Below, one piece after another: positions 43,088 through 56,909 of a stretch of DNA of 64,000 nt; the first letter of the stretch is position 1, and the number at the start of each line of letters is the position of its first letter. This DNA comes from Phoronis australis (lineage: Eukaryota; Animalia; Phoronida). A program made the translations under genes and the position numbers. Below the pieces are notes generated by a model that was not told where the DNA came from, made no database searches, and was given only the letters and a program-made list of their open reading frames with translations. Location of the stretch: positions 1-64,000 of the forward strand of contig NMRA01000802.1 of assembly GCA_002633005.1 (NCBI GenBank), read 5' to 3'.

Positions 43088-43520
43088 GGCCTGTTGCATA
43101 AAACGGTCCCAAATAGTGACACAACTAAGTTATCTAAATCTACTGCGTATTTGTGGACTTGTGAAAACACTGATTGTCCTTTCTTGTGCTGTTTTAGTTT
43201 CATTACTAAGTAAATGTTTGGCTTTGGTACAAATGGAGAGTGAACTAGACGCTAAATTCTCAATGCTATAGAAAATGTATAGGATATTTTCATGGCGCAA
43301 CGCTCTTAAATTAAGGACTAAGTCCCTGTTTATTTTCACCGAATTCAGGGCTCACGTTTTAGTTATAATGTTAGAAAATGCCTTTAGTCAAAAAGGAGAT
43401 CATAATAAATATGAAATGATAGAAAAATATTACATCTGTGAGTAAACAAAGACACAAATAGGCAAAAGATTTAGGAAATTTAGTTGAGTTCTTATTTGGG
43501 ACTGTTCCATGCAACCCGGC
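43088..43520. mobile_element. MITE with long imperfect TIRs (in an IGFBP-like intron, if exon 3 is real)
   Basis: GGCCTGTTGCATAAAACGGTCCCAAATAG..AACTAAG..CTAAATCT..TATTTGTG is mirrored by CACAAATAG..AGATTTAG..TTAGTTG..TATTTGGGACTGTTCCATGCAACCCGGC. Confidence 0.65.
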
Positions 43521-44579
43521 ATAGGAGCCTTTTTCTCGGAAGAATCTTGGCAAAACGGTGTTTGTATCTTTTGACTTTGGCTTTTAGTCTGCTACAAATT
43601 TTTATATTGTGGCTTCGAGTTAGTTGTAGACAGATTTTCAGACTTTAATTAAGCCTTAGCCTCATTTTGTGAAACAGGCTAAGCCATCCGTAAACTGATT
43701 TTAGCCAATACATGTAAATAATGAATCCTTCGAGAACCAGTCCCTTGGTACGATACACATAATAGCTCTGACTAATAAACACGCTTTGGTAGTTTTCTTT
43801 TCGTATATCATTTGTATACTCAAAAAAATAACTAAGCAAAGGTTTACGACACTATTTGACTCTGGTACGAATTCAAGGTACGAGGTAACCGGTGATGGGA
43901 ATCCTACCGAAAAGAAGTAACCGCTGACTACGACGAAATATAATTCAGAAACAAAAACAAGACACCGAGACACGTCTACTACGGTTATATAGACTCTAAT
44001 GCCTGGTGAATACTGTAGGTGGAGCTAGTTTTCCAAATGCGTTGGGACAAATGTGACCTTTACCCAATATTGCTATGAAGAGTGCGAAAATGTACTTGTA
44101 TAGTGCTTATGGAGATTTCCTGGTAAGTTTTATTACCTACTTCAGTTTATAGAAATGATATAAACTCACTAGTCATTCTAATATAAAGAATTTCGTGAAA
44201 AACACACTCAAATTTTAAATTTCAAATCTTAGAAGTATTTAAGCTCACTGTTTTTTCAGAAAGATTCGAACGCACAGTCAAAAAATTTTGGAAGATGATT
44301 GATTCGTTATAATTTAATACAACTTCTCTCCATAGCCTCGAGGCCAATAATTTGGTCAAGTTGCAAAAATAACTAGAAAAATTCCCAAAACGACTTCAAA
44401 ATGACCGGCGTCAAATTTGTTTGCTATCGCTCTCCGATGATGAACGCCAGTTGACCGTCAGTTGGATTGACGTGACTCATTTTATTGATAACTTGGCTTA
44501 AGTTAATTACATAAAATAACAAGATTATTCATAGCAGGGATCTGCAACATTATAGCCCGTGAAGCACATAATCATTTAC

Positions 44580-44676
44580 CTTCAGGAAAGGAGTTTCCAT
44601 ATTTGATTTTATCGTTTTGCCGCAATTCTTCAAACTTATGTAGAATCTGTGGATTTATCATCTTAAAGGTACTGCT
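44580..44676 (-). CDS. IGFBP-like gene, probable coding exon 2 (linker)
   Basis: Acceptor tttcag|AGC is in phase 0 and matches exon 1. Open frame SSTFKMINPQILHKFEELRQNDKIKYGNSFPE plus one G, followed by the donor GAAG|gtaaat (phase 1). Length 97 nt. Confidence 0.62.
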
Positions 44677-45599
44677 CTGAAATTCCCTGGCAGTGATACC
44701 CGGACAAAGCTTGATTATACTAGAAAATGCATGTTTTTTCGCAGTCTCGGTTCTTTTTTAATAGATAATAATCGGAAATGTCATAATGGCGTCTTGTATC
44801 TGGCTCACTTCCGAAAAGTCTTGTCCGTTCATGCGTCATGGCTTAGAAAGTAATCGCTTAAAGTAATTCAAGTCCGAGAAACAGTACTAAAACTAATATT
44901 AGTTAACCCCATCTGTCATTTAGATAAATAATACCCACATAAGTTTTCGGTGTCTCCTAATCAATTAACCACCTTCGTTGAATATTCTTTTAATAGTTTC
45001 CATTGGCTACGTGGTAATGTGGATGACAAATCCATATAGGCAATCGTTGTGCAATAAATGTGAGATAACTCGGCTGTAATGTATACACGTTATACAGGCA
45101 ATATTAATCTTGATAAATTACGTTAACCTTCAAACTCTGAGAGCAGCTACTTATGGCCAGATGGTCACGGTCTGCATACGATGCATTAAGGGTAATTGTA
45201 CCACCATGAATTTTTATGGGTTACTTTTTAAAATCAAAATGGTGGGGAATAAGGACTTTTACAAATCAATAAATACGTTCACACATTAATATACGGCCTT
45301 GTAGGTATAGTGTACATGTATAGACAAGTACTGCGTTATCATACTGAAATATTTTGCCCACATGTATTTTAAGAACGTGTCCGATTTACAGAAAAGCCGT
45401 GTTTTTAGACATTCATGCAATATTATATCTCGATGAAAAACGCCTGTGATTACAGCAACATTTTTTCATAAATAGAAGATTTTTAAAATAATTATTTGTG
45501 CCACTTTGTGTATGTACAGTACGCCTGACTCAATATTTACTTGTTTCGCTGTGATTCCACTACAGGTGAGATAATTGATATTTACATATATATAAATAC

Positions 45600-45953
45600 C
45601 TCATTACTTCTTTCTTTAATGCAAATCGCGTTCCCTTCCAAGAACGCCAGCATTTCGTTGTCCTCTGCCGTTGGTAGAGGCGCGCACTGCAGACCGGTAG
45701 CACAGTATGGTTCGTACACCCCACATCTCTCTCCTGTTTTTCGTGCGCAGACGGGACAGCAAGGGCACGCGCCAGGGCCTTGGATTATTTCGCAGTCGTC
45801 CAGTTTTGGACATTTCTTCAGGTCACATTTGGGACAACCCTTGAAATATTTGTTGTAAAAGTCTTCATCAGCTCCATCGATAGCACGTCCTAGAACTTTA
45901 CACGACAAAGCGACGGTCAACACCACTGCCAGCAATACCCATGTGTACGTCAT
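45600..45953 (-). CDS. Insulin-like growth factor-binding protein (IGFBP/IB domain) gene, coding exon 1: signal peptide plus IB domain
   Basis: ATG at 45953. Hydrophobic signal peptide MTYTWVLLAVVLTVALSC, then a 12-Cys IB domain: CPKC..C..C..GACPCCPVCARKTGERCGVYEPYCATGLQCAP..LAFLEGNAIC, a variant of the GCGCCxxC and CGVYTxxC motifs. The exon ends AATGAG|GTATTT (phase 0, 118 codons). Confidence 0.92.
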
Positions 45954-46340
45954 GACGCGAGAAGAAATAGAAATTGGTTATATGCAATATCTAATATTGA
46001 TATGTGCTCACGGATACCAATACTGCGACAGTCTGATCGCTGCAGTCTATTATAAGCGGCAAAGATCTCGTAAGCGGAAACTATTACAAGTGCTCAGAAA
46101 GCTGTTAACATAAGCAGCGTCAGTACCTCGGTGACGAAACGCGCTTCTTTCCGGTGCAGAATATACTATGGTGAAATTGTCTAAACACCAGTACTTAAAT
46201 GAATCACAAAGAAGTTTTACGCCAAAACCAGTCGCACCTAGTACACACTACTTTTGACACATAAGTTTTGAATTCGCTCCCGATACCGACACTTCACGAG
46301 CTCTGGCTTTGACTTAGTCAGATTTCCTCCAATGTCGAGC

Positions 46341-46356
46341 CTTTTATACTTTTATA
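46341..46356 (-). promoter_or_regulatory. Tandem TATA boxes (TATAAAAG x2) upstream of the IGFBP-like gene
   Basis: The + strand reads cttttata-cttttata, about 390 nt upstream of the ATG and in the correct orientation. Confidence 0.45.
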
Positions 46357-48314
46357 TTCGTCATTTGAATTTGATCAATCAAACTGTATTCTATAAATGC
46401 GCAAAATGGCTGCGGCCACGTCAGTTCTCGATTCCGTGTTACATTAGTTAGTCAATTCTTATCTATTCTTCGCAACTATTTTAGGATTTCCATATCTCTG
46501 AAATTTATCCGTTATACGGTCGTTAGTGGCTTTAAAAGACAATGAAATATTTTAGTTACCAGGAAGGTGATCGGAAACCTAACTCCAGTGACGTCATTGT
46601 CAGATGTCGGCAAACTGCAAATTTGCGTCTTACGTTCATATTTAATCATAAATGTTGTTTTAACGCCTTATGACGGAGAAAAAAGTAATTCCATTGGCGT
46701 AGGTTTGTACTATTTAAGAAACGATGTATTCAAAATCGCGTTCATCATGATGATATTGTATGGAAACTAGATTAAAGGAGTTTTGAGCGCCGAATTCTTT
46801 TGTGGTGCATCATAAAAATGCCATCTTGTAATGAGTATTCAAAATGAATGTTTCGTACTCATAGATGATATCGTAAACAATTAGCGCCAGTTACAATACT
46901 TTTGGGAAATTCGTATCGCAATGTATACTTAAAGTAGCACAAAGGGACACGTAGTTTTAGATAATGACTCTGTTCAAACTTCGACTGTCTCAAGACGTTT
47001 AAAAATATTTTGTTTGAGCAAACTTTGCTCGCATTACCGGGAAATAGGTTATTACTTTAGAAAAAGTAGAAAGAGTGGTGTCATTCTTTTTTATATGTCT
47101 CTTTTTCTATGGCCGTTTTTTTGTCTTCTATTGCGTCGGTTGCATGAGGTTGAATTGAATAGCATTGAACTGCATTGCAATACAAACATCCTTTATGCTT
47201 CACATGTTCTGCAATAAAAAAATAAGTTGGTATAGGTTAAACTGACTACTGCATATGTTGAGCAGGAGAGGGCGCTGTAAACAGCTGGATTAACCAAGCA
47301 CAAGTTGAGAAATCCGTTTCTGGTACCCGCGGTAGATGCAGCTTGTACATCTGCCGAAGATACCAAGGAACGAAATAGGCCATTAAAACGGTTTACCCAA
47401 GTTGCACAAGTTGTCCATGTGAATCTGGTTACGAAAAGACAGACAATGAAATTTATTTTGTTTGTTTATACGCATAACACGCGTCATGGTATTTTCCGCA
47501 GTGTTCCCAGGGGTCTGGAAAAATAATCAAATTGTCGAGGATTTAACCAGTTACGTGTAGCCTGGAAATTGAAAAATGTTCATATTATGTGGCGCGGAGA
47601 CCAGACTTAAGTACTTTTCAACCACATTTCAAAGTGGTATATTAAATCTGGTCAACTGACCAGAGACGAATAATTTAGGGGTACGATTTAAAACTGCATT
47701 AATATCAGAGTTGTTTGATCAACATTCAGCCTTTGTCTCTTGCATGTATATCTCAGTGAAAATGTAAGTAACACAAGTGTGTACTTCAGCCTCTGTATTT
47801 AAGAACGGTTGTTATAGTTCATTGTGAATGACCTTTTACGTCAATAGATAAGTGCCATAGGCCAGGGGAGGAAATTGGTGGCGGACGAGTGGACCAGAGT
47901 TTGACGCATTTGATTTTGTGTTGAGCTGGCACTTTTCTATGGCCTTGTGATGCGTCCTGATTGGGATACGAGGTCAGTAGCTTTTGTAAACGTGGACGAA
48001 TGTAAAGCAGAATCGAGGTCTCCCTTTGTGATACCTTTCTTACTGTTATTATGAATACATAAAACGGTATACCAGTGGCGGATCTAGGATATTACAAGGG
48101 GGGCCCAACATTTTGTCCGGCTGTAAGCATTTGCGCAAACCACGATTGTATAGCACCGAATGGAGGGAGTTCGGGAGGGGGGTTTGCCCCCCCTCCTGCC
48201 CAGGAAATTTTTCTGTTTTTTCCTCTAAAAATCGAACATTTTCCTTGATTTCTGATGTATTATCCAAGAAAAAAAAATAAAAAGAAACACGAGAACGTGT
48301 CACTCAGGAAAAAT

Positions 48315-48390
48315 TGCGAGTTTCAGACTCGAACTCACGACCTGGCTGATAGTACGCGAGTACATGTACTTTACCACTACACCAATACAC
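48315..48390 (-). repeat. tRNA-derived SINE head
   Basis: On the - strand: A box TGGTGTAGTGG and B box GTTCGAGTC, with TACATGTA between them. No intact cloverleaf. Confidence 0.55.
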
Positions 48391-50443
48391 CACCACGACT
48401 TCACTATTATAACTAAGAGACCTACTTGTTTATGGTCCACAACGTTTGCGCGCGAAACCTACTTCTTTTTGTAATGCTTATTACACGTTTTTTATTTTGT
48501 GCAATCGGTTCTTACCAAATTTGTTGTATTTAAAATAGCCTTCAAATGCCCAAAAGACCAAATCCGTTTTTCGTGTTGGCAATAATGATGGGATTGCTTT
48601 GGAAATCGTCTTAAGTTAAGGTTTGACAAAGAGAGAATTAATGAGTGATTCACTAAGGCTTCGATTAAAATTCACGTCTTACCAGCAGCTTCTGTTTTTT
48701 CATCGTCACTCAGGTTCTATTTTCTTTAAAAAATGAAGTAAATTTTCTCCATTGCACTGTGGAGCAGACGACGGAAACGGAGTCGTAGTGCGCAGCGCCA
48801 CTGCCGGTCGCATGGGATAACGCGGGAGAGCTTATACTTAGCCATAGTTCCGTTACGAATGCGCCGTGTTCCGAATTTGACACTTGAAATTGGATCTGAG
48901 CCCCCCCCCCCTCTCCCCCCAAACACTAAAACTGCACACATTTCAATCTTTTTTCATCCGTATAATTTTGATTACCGGGGCAAATTAATAAACTCAACAT
49001 TTCCCTACGCTCTTGCTGTTTTATTTTTTTGCGCCAGCCAAAAAAAAAAATCCGCCTATGTATACATGGCGCTGGGATTTAAAAAATCCGCTGTTATGAT
49101 CTTTTGCGCGTTTTATTTGTTTAAATGTCAACAACATCGTTCAAATGGGTTTGTTAAAATGACTCAGACAATATTTTTTATCAAGATCCATTTGTACCCA
49201 AATTCAAAATTTCATCTTTTTGTCATGAGTTTTCACCAAGTCAAATTGCAAACTACAGGAAAACGTGCAACTTTAAAAGCGGAAACTTTTTGGTTTTGAA
49301 AAGTGCACTGACGAATAAGTTAGACAATGTTATAATAAATTTGAGACATGAAAGTGCTCGTGGAACTTGTTGAAGCTCCTACAGTTCAGGGCCCACTGAC
49401 CAAAAAGGCCACCACGTTTGAAGACCTTCCAGCTGATGTGTGCCTATCGAATAAACGATAACTGAGTTCAGAGCAGCTTAGGACAAGGCAAGAGCAACTG
49501 AGTGAACTAACGAATCGTCTGCAGTGCCTCCTTATCGAACACATCAGGTTTGCACCAAAATGAAACATGAGGAGTTTGATACTAGTTTCTGTCTTGCCTG
49601 TTGCAAACGAATGAACGAGTTGTACCGGTTGTGATTTGTCGCCTTATTTCGGTCCACCAATACCCGACTCCTGCCTCCGTGCTGGCTGCGGTCGGACCTT
49701 AAACTATTTGCGTGGCATCTACATATCACGCCTTACTGTAAAGCACTGACGTACAGCTGTATATGTGAATATCATGTATTCCCACAAAATCTTGAACAAT
49801 AGACTGATGGAAACTTACTGTATTCAACGTCAGTCATAAAACCATGTTCCCGATTAAAGGTGCAACACAATACACTTGTCTCCATCAAATACACTTACTT
49901 GGAGAAACCTTCATCAAATCTCCCGTCTCTGCGACGGATCGAAGCACGATGCATGTACTTCAAACTGGGCTGAGCGCAGCGTGGGCTCTGAACAGGCTCC
50001 ACCGTGCAATGTGCGCGTGTCCCGGCGAAGTACGGACCTGTGCTATTTCTGGACGATCTTGAGAGTCCTTTGGAAACGCAAAAGCTGAAATATTGTCCGT
50101 CCGATTGCTTTTACTGCATCCCCATGAGTACATGCAACTATTCGTAATACTCAATCGAACTTGGTTTTCGAGACCGTAACTACGGACTCGCGGCTGGTGT
50201 AGAAAAACAAAATGGCGGAAACCGGATTCATTAATGAAGTCACGCAAAAACTTTATTATTTTACTTTTTGGGTTTATTTCTTGATTCAAAGTACACAAAT
50301 TCAATGAGAAATGTTTGAAATATCATACTGAAAGTGTTCGTAGCCGGATTCAAGCAGTTATGACCATGTTGTGAAGGGCTTAAATGTCAATAGAACCCGC
50401 CATCTTACGGTGGTACAGAAAACAAATACTCGGACGATCAACC

Positions 50444-50789
<346 letters not shown>

Positions 50790-51217
50790 CATACAGTAAA
50801 TCTGTATTAATATTCTCTCCCCCGAAAGAAAAGAACGAACTGGCTAAACAGCTGTGAAAATAGTGCAATATGTACTGTATTAAACGCATTAAACTAATCA
50901 CAAGAATTAAAATCGAACTGGAAGACACTTAATGATCAGCAGTTTGTAAATGTGGAACGATTTGCATGCAGTTCTCTAGCAGAAGTCTTGAGAGCACAGC
51001 TGCAAACTGTACTGTTACAGCTCCACGGTGACGCGACATATATAGTCCATTTCTTACAAAGAGCTGTTTTTTGCTAGATCAACACCAAGTCTCCAACATC
51101 CAGGTTTGTCTTCTGTACAGGCGACGTTTGGTGGACCTGCAACGTCACAAGATATTCATGTAATTATTCAAGGTATTGGACACGCAGATTTATGTATACA
51201 TCATAATCTTCAATATA

Positions 51218-52531
51218 CGAGGGTTGTTCGATAAGTTCTCGGCCTCACCAAGAAAACAGGGACGCTGGTTAAATTTTTTTCACACCATTGTAAAATCTCA
51301 TCTTGTATAACAGTACTGCATTCATGCTGCATTAGCACGGTCAACTACCGCTAGGTGGCGCCGCTTCATAAAAAGCGGACGACAACACATTTAGCAGCAT
51401 GGAGATAACGGAGATGAGAGCCGTCATAACGTATTTGGGTAAAAGGGGAACGAAACCAAAATATATTCATGAATAAATGCAAAAAGCACTCGGAACAGAC
51501 TCCCGAGCTACTCGATCACAGTAAAAAGTGGTTACCTTATTTTAAGAGGGGTAGAGAAAGCGTTGAAGATGACCGATCGTCTAGGACGTCCCAAATCGTC
51601 GACCTCCAGTGAAAATGTGCAGAAAATTCATGCAACGGTTAAGAAAGACATGCGAATGACTGTTTAGCATTTGGCAAACACTGTTTGCATCAGCAATGGG
51701 TCCGTCTCTAAAATGTTGAGTGAATATTTGGGCATGAGTTAGTAAGCTGAGTGCACGATGAGTGCCAAGAATGTTAACTCAGGATCAGAAAATGACCAGA
51801 ATGCCAATTTCAAAAGGAACTTCTAGGAAGATTCCAAGCAGAATCAGACAAATTTTTCAGACGATTTGTAACCCAGGATGAGACATTGGTCCACCACTTT
51901 GACCCAGAATCAAAACAGTAAAGTAAACAATGGAAGCCCCGGGTGAGTACGTGGGTTCCCCAATCCCAAGAAAGTTCAAGTTGGGTGCCTCTATGAGCAA
52001 AGTTATGGCCTCTGTGTTCTGGGACAGCGAAGATATTCTGATGATCGACTACTTGCATCGAGGACCCACTGATACTGGGAATCATTATGCATCACTTTGG
52101 GAAAAACTCAAAAAAGCAATCAAGGAAGAGACGCGGGAAGTTTCTGGATGGAGTGCTGTTGCTTCCAGACAACGCACCTGCCCATACTTCCCAAGTTGCG
52201 GTGGCTAAAGCAACTACATGTGGCTTTGAAATCATTCCGCACCCCGCTTATTCTCTAGACCTGGCCCTGTCTGTTTTTTTTTTGTTTCCACTTTTGAAGG
52301 CCTACCTGCGTGGACGCCAGTATGTGAGTGGCGATGACGTCATGAGTGCCGTTGGGGGAGTAGTTTGAGGGGCTCGACAAAAGCTTCCTTTATGAAGGCA
52401 TTGCAAAACTGGAGCACAGATGGAAGACATGCATTGATGTAACGGGAGATTATATTGAAAAATTAAAGTCAAAATTACTTGCTATTGCGTTGTTTTCTGG
52501 GATAGGCTTAGAACTTATTGAACGACCCTCG
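51218..52531 (+). mobile_element. Full-length mariner element (irritans/Hsmar2-like), 1314 bp
   Basis: TA-flanked ~28-bp TIRs: CGAGGGTTGTTCGATAAGTTCTCGGCCT and AGGCTTAGAACTTATTGAACGACCCTCG. Confidence 0.93.
51399..52466 (+). pseudogene. Mariner DD34D transposase pseudogene
   Basis: MEITEMRAVI.., AR*VPRMLT (WVP motif), VTQDET.VHHFDPESKQ, KVMASVFWD, DNAPAHTS, HPAYSLDLALS.FFLF and a GDYIEK end. Multiple stops and frameshifts. Confidence 0.9.
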
Positions 52532-53149
52532 TACATGCACCCGCGGGTGACCACTATTACACGCGATTTTGTAGTCAGAATATCGCTCCGCATAAGTGGG
52601 GGAGGAGGGTGGGGTCTCGGGGGGCTCAAACGAGCCCCTCTCCCGCCCCAATTTGGCGAATTAGGTTCGCCTAAGCGAAACAGAAAGTCAGAGTAAACGA
52701 GACAAAGGTCCACAAAGTACAGCGGAATTCTGCGCGGATACACAATTCGTATGCCTGAACCTTAGTGGCCCGTTTTTTCTTTTTTTTAGTCCAAGTTAAA
52801 AGCCCAGTCAATTCCCTTCGGAAAGCCAAAAAATGTTGCGTCAGAGCACGAGGACACCTTTTTGTGGTTAAAGTGACATGCTCAGCAAACAGTATGCCTC
52901 CTTCTACAGGCATTAGAAGTAGAAACGTCATGAATGAAATGATTAAGTTCAGAGGTGAAGGTTGTTAAGTCACTATACTTTATTCAGGTTTACAGAGTTT
53001 ATGGTTGATAGTTATCAGATGTGATAGTATTTTGACGCTTTGTTTGGAACCTTTTCTCCTCATTTTTTTCTATATTTGTGTTATTTCAACACCATCTTTA
53101 ACAACAAGTGCATTTTTGTAGTTAGGTAGATTTAAATGACCCTAATATG

Positions 53150-53900
53150 TGTCATTGGGCAACACGTACATTGACATAGTATTGTTTTGACCAATTAGTC
53201 TTTAAAAGAAAATAAAAATCTATGATTATTGTAGAACGTAATTTCATACTGTTTTTCATTAACTGTGAGAGAATTTTATACTTTCAACTGTTCCGAAATA
53301 CATTGTCTATGATTCAGTGATGATTTAGTTTTATACATTCCAAAAAAAATTCGTAGGAAATGTTGAATGGGTTTGCAATGTTGATTTCCCTAAAACAAAA
53401 TTTTATATCTTTTTGTGTGACCAGTTTTGGTAAACGGTTAATAATGTTGTAAAAATGTTTAAATGTTGTTGTTGATTTTCTGTGTAATTAATGGAGCAAT
53501 GGTGGGTCTTGAAGTGACATTAAAGACAACATTTTGGCTACGCTTTGAGAAAATCACAACTTTGTACGTGTATTATAACTCGGCTCACTCTTTTTCAATG
53601 TCACAATAAACTGGAGATCACGAAATGAAGATGTATGGTTAACTCAGAACCAAGACTACAAAGCAGAATATTAAAAAAAAGACGTACTATACACTCAAGC
53701 CACACGGGTGTCACAAGTCAATCTGCTTATCTGGTGTTGTCGCACTCCTCTCCTTCCCCATGGGCAAGCTCATCGTCATTCTGTGTCTTCACTGGCGTAT
53801 CTGTTCTATTTTTCTTTTTGCTGTAACAATTTTGCTAGAAGATTCCACACTCGCCTTCATCTGCAGTACAATGAACAATTTGTTTACCCCTGGCTTACAC
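53150..53900 (+). repeat. Second copy of the 1690-2570 repeat
   Basis: Same shared blocks as the 1690-2570 copy, in the opposite orientation. Confidence 0.75.
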
Positions 53901-54353
53901 CGTGGGCAGCATGTTCGCTGAAGCTTTCTTCACCGTAATAACAGTGAACTTGATTAATGAAATGAAAATAAAATCATTTGTGGAAATATCTGTAACTTAC
54001 GATGGCTGTAAAAGGACAGCACGGCAACTTTTTTTCGCCGTTGCTAACTCCATCGATAGACTTTTTAACACTATCAATAGACTCAGTAACACTATCGAGA
54101 GACTTATCTCTATTTTTAGACTTACTACACTGTATCTCTATTGATAGACTCAGTAACTCTATCGAAAGACTTGTTAACACTATCGATAGATTTAGTAACT
54201 ATGGATAGACTTATTTTCTCTATCGATAGCCTTGTTAACTCTATCGATAGAATTAGTATCTATCGAAAGACGTACTATCTCTATCGATAGACTTACTGTC
54301 TCTATCGATAGCCTTGTTAACTCTATCGATTTATTATCTATCGAAAGACTTAA

Positions 54354-54595
54354 GAGTGCAGTACACTTCAGACCAGGCAAAAATCCATGCAGGGGTGATA
54401 AACCCTATGTGACGGATTTGGATCATATTATGCATTTTTGTTTACTTNCCCATAGCAACCACAAGGTGGCGCACGCAAAAAAAATAATGTTGGTATGAAG
54501 GTTGGGGCATCAACCCCTACCATCATGCAAACAATCGAGGAAATCCGTGACATAGCCTTTATCACTTTTTGCCTGGTCCATTCGTGGACGTGCTC
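54354..54595. mobile_element. MITE with TTAA TSD (Kolobok-like) inserted in the 21-bp array
   Basis: TTAA at 54350-54353 and 54596-54599. Imperfect TIRs GAGTGCAGTACACTTCAGACCAGGCAAAAA and TTTTTGCCTGGTCCATTCGTGGACGTGCTC. Confidence 0.65.
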
Positions 54596-55648
54596 TTAAT
54601 ATCTCTGTCGATAGACTTACTAATTCTATTGATAGACTTACACTGTACTTACTCTATCGATAGACTTATTAACCCTATCGATAGCATTACTAACTCTATC
54701 GATAGACTTAGTAACTCTATCGATAGGCTTACTATCTATATAGATATATTTAGTAACTATATCGCTATGCCTGATGTAACATGACCCACAACAAAGACTC
54801 AGCGAGAGGCGCAATGGTTATTTAACAGTTATAATAAGTGGTCTGGTATGAATACCATGATTTTTTATATCTGTCATACCTCCAAAAGAGTGTTGCTAAG
54901 GAATAACAATCGGCATACAATACAGATGTAGACACGGCTAACTTGTTTTGGCTTTATCGAAATAAGCGACCATTATACCTTGCAATTCTATGGTTTAAAT
55001 GTTGGTCTGGGTTTGTACGGTCAGTATCTGGCTAAACAAGATACGCCTGAGCTAGTTTTCAGAGTCGGTCATTGCTAATACGTTTGTAAAATTTTCTAAA
55101 ATCATGGTTCTTAGATCAGTGACAGCATGTTGGCTTTTGCTGTGGCTCAGGGACTCATATGTACAATAGGGCACCGAACAGTCTGCTGAACTGTTGAAAT
55201 TGATTTTTTAATTGAGTTGAAAGCTTTTGTTGATTTGTTGTGTTGCGTATTCTTTGGTTCAATGTACATATTGAGGGTGGCGGTAACTGTAGGCAAAATA
55301 GGTGTAGTCGTTCCATTTTGTTTCAACAAAATTTGAATTGGCATATATGATTTCTTGTGTTATACGTGAATATACAAATGATGATGCTGTAAGTGTAAGA
55401 TACATGTAGGTGTGAGATGGTTCTTAAAAGTCAAAGATTCGTTACTTTCAGAAGGTTAGACCTATCGACAAAAGCTTCCATTTTTGAAGGTGTGCTGACC
55501 ATTGCGCCGAAGTGGCATGCTTAAACCGCCTGTATATCACAGATTGAATCAGGTTGTGTGCAGTTGCCAGTACGACAGTGTTGATAATTTATGAAAGTTG
55601 CTGTTATTGAGTGACATGGTGTTACTGGATTTAAGAGTTTCATTTTTA

Positions 55649-56909
55649 CTAAACATTACAGCGTCCTGTCGTTCAGTAACTTTTCCAGACGTGAGGGGTG
55701 CTGAAGGTGAGATAATATCTGGCTTAACTTAACTTTCATTTTTATCAGCCCACCCCAGTCAGGCTAGATACGATCTGATTGAAGATTAGAGCAATTATCA
55801 AACAAAAGAGCGCAGGCCCTCCAACCATCAACGACAGAATGGAGTTAATTGGCTACGGGGTGTAAACTTCCCAACTTGTTGTTGGGCTATACAATCAAAC
55901 AAGTTGGGAGCAACGGGATGTCGCCGTCATGTAGATATTCAATAAATACTATTGACGTTTCACAGCAAACATTCACATCTAGTATCAAAATTGTGTATAA
56001 TAGAAAGTATTGCTTCGGAAATAACTGTTTGAATTCCTCATGAGCAAGTATTTATTATATGACCTCAAGGGAGAACGGAAACACAATAAATAAGGACAAT
56101 AGACAAATTGAACAGGTAAATTAAAATGCTGTGGTGAGAGCAACTCGACATCAGAGACGAGTCCAGGCAACGAAAAGTGATTGTCACTAGGATTTTACGT
56201 TTTGTTAGGCTCACTTTTTGAAAATACATCCTCTGAACTAGCTGCTTACAGCGCCTGGCTTCAACTCCAGACGGATCANCTAAACATTACAGCGTCCTGT
56301 CGTTCAGTAACTTTTCCAGACGTGAGGGGTGATGAACGTGAGATAATATCTGGCTTAACTTAACTTTCATTTTTATCAGCCCACCCCAGTCAGGCTAGAT
56401 ACGATCTGATTGAAGATTAGAGCAATTATCAAACAAAAGAGCGCAGGCCCTCCAACCATCAACGACAGAATGGAGTGAATTGGCTACGGGGTGTAAACTT
56501 CCCAACTTGTTGTTGGGCTATACAATCAAACAAGTTGGGAGCAACGGGATGTCGCCGTCATGTAGATATTCTATAAATACTATTGACGTTTCACAGCAAA
56601 CATTCACATCTAGTATCAAAATTGTGTATAATAGAAAGTATTGCTTCGGAAATAACTGTTTGAATTCCTCATGAGCAAGTATTTATTATATGACCTCAAG
56701 GGAGAACGGAAACACAATAAATAAGGACAATAGACAAATTGAACAGGTAAATTAAAATGCTGTGGTGAGAGCAACTCGACATCAGAGACGAGTCCAGGCA
56801 ACGAAAAGTGATTGTCACTAGGATTTTACGTTTTGTTAGGCTCACTTTTTGAAAATACATCCTCTGAACTAGCTGCTTACAGCGCCTGGCTTCAACTCCA
56901 GACGGATCA
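55649..56909. repeat. 631-bp near-perfect tandem duplication joined at an 'n'
   Basis: Copy 1 at 55649-56278 and copy 2 at 56280-56909, with about 4 substitutions and an ambiguous base at 56279. Confidence 0.9.

Noticed and set aside
46589-46596. CRE (TGACGTCA) upstream of the IGFBP-like gene
   Set aside because: The same octamer occurs at several unrelated positions (e.g. ~9181, ~25887, ~33200, ~40222, ~58589), so one copy is not informative.
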